Positions 19,801 through 28,800 of a stretch of 63,674 nucleotides of DNA are shown here, in pieces. The stretch is from a virus (lineage: Duplodnaviria; Caudoviricetes). Each line of letters starts with the position of its first letter. Position 1 is the stretch's first letter. Position numbers and translations under genes: made by a program. The notes beneath the pieces are model-generated. The model did no database searches, had not been told where the DNA came from, and saw only the letters and a program-made list of their open reading frames with translations. The stretch spans positions 1-63,674 of the IMG/VR virus record IMGVR_UViG_3300048839_000884; one strand, given 5' to 3'.

Positions 19801-22800
19801 ATCCAGTCGACATCCCCATGCCGCCTATCGCGGACATGGCCCGCGCGAAAATCTACGACGGCAAAAGCGACGAGCGTGTTCTTCGGGAACTGCGTGACGA
19901 CGGCTACCCCGAGGAGCAGATCGTCAGCGAGGCGATCCCCGCGATAGAGAAGGTCCGCCGCGAACTTGCGGACGAAGCCGAGCGCAACAAGGCGCGCGCC
20001 GACGAGAAGAAGGCAAAGGCAGCGGAGGCCGCGACCGCGGCCGAGAGCCCGCAACTGACGAACCGCCAGAAGGCGGAGGCCGGCAGGGTGTGGGACAGCC
20101 TTTCCCCCGGCGAACGGCTGCGTCAGATCGCCGATGCCGGGATCTATGCAGACGACCAGAGCAGCCGGAACGCCTCGCAGAGTTCATGGGATGAACTGGC
20201 GCCCGGAATCCGCGAGAACGTCGCTCGCGAACTCCTCATCCCGAAGCCGCCGCGTCCGACCCCGACGCAGGATCCCAAGGACTTCGCCCTCGACTACGTC
20301 CGGGACAAGGGGACGATGGTCGGCTTGGGGACGGCGATGATCGACGCCGGCTACGAGCCAGACGTTGTCGAGGACGCCGCGCGTGCCGCACAGGAGAGTA
20401 TGAACGCCCCGGCCAAGCCCGACGCAGCGGATGACGAGGAGACGATTCCGGAGGGCGTATGGGAGGAGGCGCGGGACGCGCTGGTCGGCGCCCTCATCGA
20501 GCGCATCGACGGCGAGGGTATGACCATCGTCGAGGCGCGCAAGATCGCCCGCGAGGTCGACCCGAGCCTGACGAACAAGCAGGTCGAGGAATTGGTCGAG
20601 GCCGCGATGGTCGACATCGGCCGCTCGACAGCGAGGGGCGCGCAGAACCGCGGCCGTGCGCCACTCGACGTCTTCCGCTCCTTCGTCCGCCTCTACAGCG
20701 TCCAGCCGCGTCTGGATCAGCGCACGTCGACGTCGATGGAGCAGCAGGCGTATTCGACGCCGCTCCCACTCGCCTACCTCGCGGCGAACCTCGCTGAGAT
20801 CGGCCCGAAGGATACCGTCTACGAGCCGACCGCGGGCAACGGGATGCTCCTCATCACGGCGAGCCCGTCGAACATCATCGCCAACGAACTGAACCCCGAC
20901 CGGTTCGCTTCGCTGGAGCGTTCACTGCCGTCGGCCAATCTCCATCAGGGCGACGCGATGGCCTACGCTCCGAGCGAGAAGGTCGACGCCGTCATCACGA
21001 ACCCGCCGTTCGGCAAGGTGAAGCGCGACGATCAGACGTCGGTGCGCTGGAATATCGACGGCCGGTTCACGCCACTGGTCGACCATGCGATTGCGTGGCG
21101 TGCCCTCAAGTCGATGCGGAAAGGCGGGCGCGCGGTCCTCATCATCGGTGGACAGCGTGGAACCACCGACGAGCGCCGCAACGGATACAGGAATGACGAC
21201 GTCCGGGCCTTCTTCAAGAAGCTCTACGACGCCTACAATGTGGTCGACCACTTCACGGTCGACGGAAAGCTCTACGAGCGGCAGGGGGCGAGTTGGCCGG
21301 TCGACGTGATCGTGATCGACGGGCAGGGGGCAAGCAAATTCTCCTACCCGATGGCCGAGCCGCCCCCCATTTATTCGTCGTGGGATGCTCTGGAGGAGAA
21401 GTTCGATGATCGCGTGGCAACCCCCCGGAAGCCAGAGGAACGCGGGAGCGGTGCTGATACCGGACCCGCCGGCGCGGCTGACGCCGGACCAGTATCGAGC
21501 CCTGTTGGCCGACCGGATCGACCGGCTGGTCAGGAAGGTGGAGGACAAGAAGGAGGCGTACCGGCTTCTGGAGGAGCGGCTGGTGGGCGAGGGGCTGACG
21601 CTGAACCAGCGGCTCGCGGTGGCAGGGATGCTGATGGCGGAGCACAGCAACGCCCTGATCGGAGCGGCGGGGTCGCCGACGGCGCCGGTGCCGCGGCGGG
21701 AACTGGAGCACGATCCGGCTCTCGCGAAGGCGCTGGAGGAGGAGACGCTGGAGGAGTTTCTGGACGCGGTCTACCAGTAGACCCGGAGGTCGAGGCCGCC
21801 TTCGACGAGGCCATGGCCGAAGTGTTCGGCGAGCCGGCCGCGGAGCCTGACGAGGCGTCCGAGGCCGCCGAGGCGTTGGACGAGGTCGCGAAGGCGCTGT
21901 CCGCCGCCGCCAAGCGGATTGGCGGCAAGAAGAAGAAGGCTTCAACGGCACCGGCCGCGGAGCCGGCGCCGGAGCCGACTGTCGGCGAAGCCGCGGCGTC
22001 GGCGGTGTCGAACGCCGCCACCGGTCTCGACGAGGTCGCGAGCGGCTTGTTCCAGCTATTCGGCGGCCCGAAGGTGTCGTCCGGGTTCTCCTTCGATGAG
22101 GAGACGTGGGCGAAGGCAAAGCCGTTGTTCCTCTCCGGCCTGTCGCACATGCGCGCGGCCGGGCGCGACGTCGTCGACATGATGAAGGCGCTTCTGCGCT
22201 ACCTCCAAGAGAAGGCGAACTTCACCGCGGACATGGTCCGCGCGATGCGGCCCTACATCACCCGCGTCATCACCGAGGTGAAGGCGGGCGTTCTGGCGAT
22301 CCCGCAGGCACAGGTCGACCCGGCATCGCAGAAGAAGGCGACGAAGGAGAAGGTCCGCCGGGAGAACCTTGAGCGCGAGACGACCTATCAGGTCGCCTAT
22401 GAGCCGACGTCGGCCGCGCGCTTCGCCGTCGGCACCCTTGTGCCGAACAACATGCAGACGGCGATCAAGGACTCGCTGGCAAAGCTCTCCGAGCGGGTCG
22501 GGGACATCGACGAGTATGTGGCCGGGAAACTCGGCTACACGCTGGACGAACTTCTCGGGACGGATTCCAAGCCGGGCTACTTCTCGGCGGAGCAGGTCGA
22601 CGCTCTCGCGCTCGCCATCTCCAACGTCGAGGATGGCGGCGGGTTCATCATCGGCGACCAGACCGGCGTCGGGAAGGGCCGGTTCGTCGCTGCGATGATC
22701 CGCTACGCCATGCGGGCCGGGAAGATCCCGGTGTTCTTCACCAAGCAGCCGGGGCTCTACGGCGACATGGTGCGCGATCTGCGCGACATCGGCATGGCCG

Positions 22801-25800
22801 GGATCGAGAAACGGATCTTCCTCACGAACAAGGATCTGACCGGGTCGAAGACGATCCCTCTGTCCGAAGATCCGACGGACGTCCTGCGGTCGCCGACGGC
22901 GGCGCAGATGACGCGCGCTCTGGCGCAGATGCAGAACGGCGGGACGCTAGGGCCGGAGTTCGACGTCGTCTTCACGACCTACGCGCAGGTGAATTTCGGC
23001 GGGAAGGGGAAGCCATACGACCGCCATCACGCGCTCCGCGGGATCGCGCCGTCGGCGATGTTCATCCTCGATGAATCGCACCTCGCCGGAGGCAGCGATG
23101 CGAAGCCGCAGGTCGACAAGGCGACGGGGAACCCGATCCCGCGGCGGCAGGATTTCGTGCGTGAACTTCTCGGCGCCTCGCAGGGTGCGGTCTACTCCTC
23201 CGCGACCTACGCCAAGAACCCCTATGTCATGAGCCTCTACTTCAAGACGGCGCTCGGTCAGGCAATGCCGAACCCCGAGCGGCTGTCCGAAGTCATCAAG
23301 GCCGGCGGTGTCCCGCTCCAGCAGGTCGTGGCGAACATGCTGGTCGAGGGCGGCCAATACGTCCGCCGCGAGCGTTCTTTCGACGGCGTCGAAATGAACA
23401 TGGAGCAGCTTCCGACCGACGTCGCGAAGGCCGACAGGGCCGCGGAGACGCTGGGGGAGGTGTTCGGTCTCGACCGGGATTTCATGGAAGGCGTGCGCCA
23501 AGCCTACATCGAGGAGATGGCCTCGGAAGGCATGTCGGCCATGGGAGACGAGGCGGTCGGGGAAAACTCCGCGTCGTCCGTCGGCTTCGCGAACGTGATG
23601 CACAACGTCGTCGCGCAGATGCTCCTCGCCCTCAAGGCCCCTGCCGTCGCGGATCGGGCTATCGCGCTGCACAAGGCGGGCGAGAAGCCGATCATCGCGC
23701 TTGCGAACACCAACGAGTCGATCATCAACGACTTCATCGAGGACCAGAAGCTCAAGGAAGGTGACGAGGCGCCGATCACGTTCAACCGCATCCTCGACAG
23801 GTACGTCAACAGGCTTCGCCGGATCGGACTCAAGGACGAGAACGACAAGCGCACGTACTACTACCTGACCGACGACGACATCGAGCGGCTGGGCGGAGAG
23901 GCGGCTCTGGAGGCGTTCAAGGAGGTCGAGCGCAAGGTCAAGGAGGCGGACCTTTCCGGCCTGCCGGCGTCCCCTATCGACTACGTCATGGACCGGCTGG
24001 AACAGGCCGGGATTCAGGTCGACGAGATCACCGGGCGCCAGAACACCCTCCGCGGTGGCGTGGTGACGAAGCGCGTCAGCACAGACCGGTCGAAGAAGTT
24101 GGTCATGAACGCCTTCAACGCCGGCCGGGTGAACGCGCTCATCATCAACAAGTCGGGCTCGACCGGGTTCTCCCTTCACGCCACCGCGGCGAAGAACAAC
24201 GACGGCAAGCAGCGGCACATGCTCCTGCTCCAGCCGGACCCGAACATCGACGACTTCATGCAGATGCTCGGCCGCATCCACCGGACCGGCCAGATCAAGC
24301 TGCCGAAGTATACCCTCGCCATCTCGGATCTTGCGGTCGAGAAGCGCGTCGCCGCCGTCCTCATGAAGAAGATGGCGAGCCTGAACGCCAACACGACGGG
24401 CGGGAAGAAGTCCGCGGTATCTCTCGAAGCCGTCGACTTCATGAACGAGTACGGCGACGACGTGGTCACGGATTTCCTGCGCGACAACCCTGACATCGCG
24501 CAGCGGATTGCCGTTTACCCCCCGAGCGGGGAGGAGAAGACGTCGAGCGATAGCAGCATCGCGGCTCGGTTCACCGGCCGCCTTGCCATACTGCCGTCCG
24601 CAGAAGTCCAGCGGATCTACGACGAGATCGAGAAGACCTACGTCGACTACGTCAAGTCGCTGGAGAACATGGGCATCAACACCCTTGAGGCCCGGACGAT
24701 CCCGCTCGACGCCGAGACGAAGTCGACCATGGAGATGGTCCCGGCGCGCGACGGCGACGGGCCGTTCGACGCCGCGGCCAACGTCGAGACGGTGTCCGTG
24801 GCCCGGCTCGGGTCGCCGTACAAGAGCGATGAGGTCAGGAAGCAGCTTGAGGACGCGCTGGCCGGCCGCACGCCGAGGCAGGTGATCGAGGAGGCGATCT
24901 CGTCCCTGCGGGACAAGATGCCCGGCTACCTGTCGCAGATCGACGAGGCTATCGCCCGCAAGGAAGAGGAACGCGACTCGACGGAGAGTGAAGCGCGGCA
25001 GGGTCGCGCCAACGTGGCCATCGACCACCTCCAGAAGAAGCGCGCTGAGGCCGAGGCTGCGCTGGAGTCGGTCATCGACATGCTCCGCACCATGGCGCCC
25101 GGCAATACCGGGAACCTTGGGGTGAACATCGGCGAGGTCAGCGCCAACCTCCCGGCGGTCATTCTCGACATCGACACCCGAAGGGTCAGGGCCAACCCGA
25201 CCGCCAAGTCGGCGATCATCATCCGGGTAGCCATCGGCGACGCGAGCCGAGAGCTTCGCGCGCCGCTGTCGAAGTTCCGGCCCGCGGTTCTTGCCGCCAA
25301 CTCCGACGTCGCGGAAGACCTGCCGACGGGCTACTTCTTCATCCCGAACGGCGGGAACATCGCCGGGTCTCCGCCCAAGGTCGTCGCGACCATCGGCGAA
25401 AACGAGACCCCCGTCTACGTCGGGGACAGGATCAGGGTCGACAGCTACTCGACCGGACAGTTCGAGGGAACCATCACGGAGGCCGCGCCCTATGGGCAGG
25501 TCCGTGTCCAGAACTACCGGGAACCGGTGTCGTCTTGGCAGATCGCGGAGGTCACCAAGGAGGGGCCGAGGGAATGGGGACCGGCGGACGAGGCGTCCCT
25601 GAGTTTTTGGGACAACAACGTCGATCAGGACGACACGCAGACCCGCGAGGAGCGGCAGATCATCACCGGCAACCTCCTCGCCGGGTTCGAGACGTTCCGC
25701 CGCGGGCAGTTCATTTTCTACACGACGTCGGCCGGCGAGGTTCGGCAGGGCATCCTGATGCCGCGGAACTTCGACGCGCAGCGGGAACTGGACAGTCAAG

Positions 25801-28800
25801 CGTTCCGGTTCTCCTCGGCGGAGACCGCCGCGCAGTTCCTGTTCGACGGCCCGCGCGCGATGCGGATGATCCTGTCGGAAGACGGGCTCTTCTCGGCGTC
25901 CATGAACGACGCCGGCGGATTCGCGATGAATGTCCGCGTTCAGGGTGGGCGCCCGTGGATGCTCCTCCGGCCGGCGCGCGATGCCTTCGCCGGCGACTTC
26001 GAGCAGCGTCGCGGCCAGCCGCTTGCGAAGCTCACGGTGATGAGCCGCGAGCGGTTCGTCCGGGGCCTCAAGGCATACGAGGAAAACCTCGGCGCGGTCT
26101 TCATCACCAACGCCAACCGGGCCGAGGCGCGCGCGGTGGAAGACGCTGCCGCCAGCCGCGGCCAGAACGAATCCGCGTCGATCAGGGGCCGCGCCTCGGC
26201 GCGCGCCGCCGTCCCGAAGCCCGCCGTCGCGCTCTCCGATGAGCAGCGCGAGATAGTCAACATGGTGTCGAGCATCGTCGGGTTCGCCGCCCCGGTCGGG
26301 TTCGAGAGCGAGATCCGCGTTCGCGGCTTCGGCGCGCAGCAATGGGGCGTAGACGAAACGAGCGCGGACGGGTCGTTCAACTGGACGACGAACGTCATCA
26401 AAATCGCGATGGACGGCCCGGATCGGCGGCGGGCGGCGCGCCACGAGATCGGGCACGCGCTCCAGACGCTCTACACGGATCAGGAGCGCGCCGTCCTCAA
26501 GGCCGAGATCGACCGCCTCCGCGAGTTCGTCCGCTCGCACCCGGAAGGGCACCCGGACATCGCAACCGCCTCACCGGCGGAGGTCGAGGCCGAGGCGTTC
26601 GCCCTGTATTGGGCCGACCGGCAGGCACAGCGGCCGACCGGGTCCGGGATCCACATCGTCATCCGGCGGGCGTGGGAGCGGATCATCGCGACCTTCGGGC
26701 GCGTCAGGAACGCCTTGCAGGGCCGCGGCTACCAGACAGCCGAGGACGTGTTCAAGCGCGCGCTGGCCGGCGGGATGCGCCGGCGCGACCGCAATCCGAT
26801 GTCGGCGGCGCAGCGGCGCTACCTGTTCGGAACGGGAGAGCCGGAGGCGAGCCCCGCTGCCCCGCAGCCGGGGTCTGGGACGACGCAGGTCGCCACGACA
26901 GCAGGCTCATACCGCAAGGCCGCGGCCATCATTGCGGGAATGGGTGGGCGCCGCGTCCTAGACTACGGCGCCGGGCTTGGTCTCGGCAGCGATGCTATGT
27001 CCGAGCGCGGGCTCGATGTCTCGTCCTTCGAGCCGAACCCGCAACGGTGGTCCGGCAAGACCCCGGTCACCTTCACCGACTCTGACCAGATCACCGGCCA
27101 GTACGACGGTGTCGTCAGCCTCAACGTCCTGAACGTTCTGGAGCCCGAACTCCGCGACGAGGTCACCGCTGACATCCTCGCGCGCGTCGCGCCGGGCGGG
27201 TCCGCCTTGATCGGAGCGCGCCGATGGGAGGGGGACGTCGGCGCCACCAAGAACGCCGAGGTGACCGGCGAGCCAGATGCGATATGGGTCAACAAGAGCG
27301 GCGTGCGCGTCTACCAGAAGGGGTTCTCCGGGAACGAACTGGTCGACTACGTGACGAGGATGGCCGGCGAAGGCTGGACCGTGCGCCGGGTGAACGGGAT
27401 CGGCGCTGTTGGGGTCATCGCGACCCGGAGCGCAGATATGGTCTCCGCGGTGCGCCGGCTTCGCCCCGGACAGCAGATCAACACCCCGGTCGCCCCGACG
27501 CCGCAGCAGACGTTGGCGCAGGCGCAGGCGGTCTTGCAGCGCACCCGGCGCCATTTCAGCGGGCTGTCCAGAATGGATAAGCTTCGCGTCAAGGTGCAGG
27601 ACCGGTTCCTCGCCGTCCGCCGCGATCAGGAGCGCATGGTCGCGTCCGGGTTCCAGATGCGGGCCGCCAACGACACCTACGAGGCGGAGGAAAGGTTCCC
27701 CGGCAAGGCCGGAGAGCGCATCGCGCTTCTGGAGGAACGGGCTCTCCAGCCGTTCGTCAGGCATCTTCGGGAGTCCGGGATCAGCATCGAGGAACTGGAC
27801 GACTACCTGATCGCCCGGCACGCGGAGGAGCGGACGGACCGGATCGCGCAGATCACCAACGGGCAGAACATGGAAGGCGCCGGCGTCGATCTCCAGTCGG
27901 CGAATGACGTGCTGGCGGATGTGGCCGCCGACGCGCGCCATCAGGATTTTCTCCGGGCGGCGGCGATGATCGACAAGGTGATCCGGGATACCCGCGACCG
28001 CCAGTTCCAGTCCGGCCTGATCTCCCGCGAGGAGTACGACTCGTTGCGGACCATGTACCAGCACTATGTCCCGCTCCGTGGGTGGGAAGCCGACCCCGAG
28101 CTTGCGGAAGACCAGCCGCTCGGCACCGGCCGCGGCTTCGACATTCGCGGGAAGGAGAACAAAGCGGCGTTCGGGCGCACGACGAAGTCGGACTCCCCGA
28201 CCGCCTACGTCTTCATGGCGGCGCAGCAGTCGATCATCCGGTCGGAGAAGAACCGCGTTCTCCGCACGTTCCTCCGGTACGTCGACGAGGTGAACGACCC
28301 GACCCGGTTCGAGCGGGTCAAGGGCCAGTACCGGAAGCGGATCAACCCGCGGACCGGGTTCGTCGAGGTCTACTTCGTCCCGGCGCAGGCGATGGACGAC
28401 CGGGACATGGTCTCCATAAAGCAGGGCGGCCGGGAGATCCGCGTCAGGGTCCACGACCGGGACATCCTCCGCGCGCTCCAGCAGTTCGGCTCGGTGGAGG
28501 TGAACGGGTTCCTGCGCGGGCTGATGCGCGTGGCGCGCATCTACGCCCAACTCCAGACGCAGTGGAACCCGAGCTTCATCGTCCCGAACTTCTTCCGTGA
28601 CGTCGAGACGGCGCTCATCAACATCTCGGACGTCGAGAACCTGCCGCCCGGCACCCGCCGGCGCCTGACTGGAAAGCTCGGCAAGAGCATATGGGGGATC
28701 ATGAAGGCGCTCCGGGAGTCCCGGAAGACGGGGCGCCCGCCGACCGGGGCCGTAGGCCAGTTCTACGAGGAGTTCCGCCTCGCCGGCGGCAAGGTCTCGT

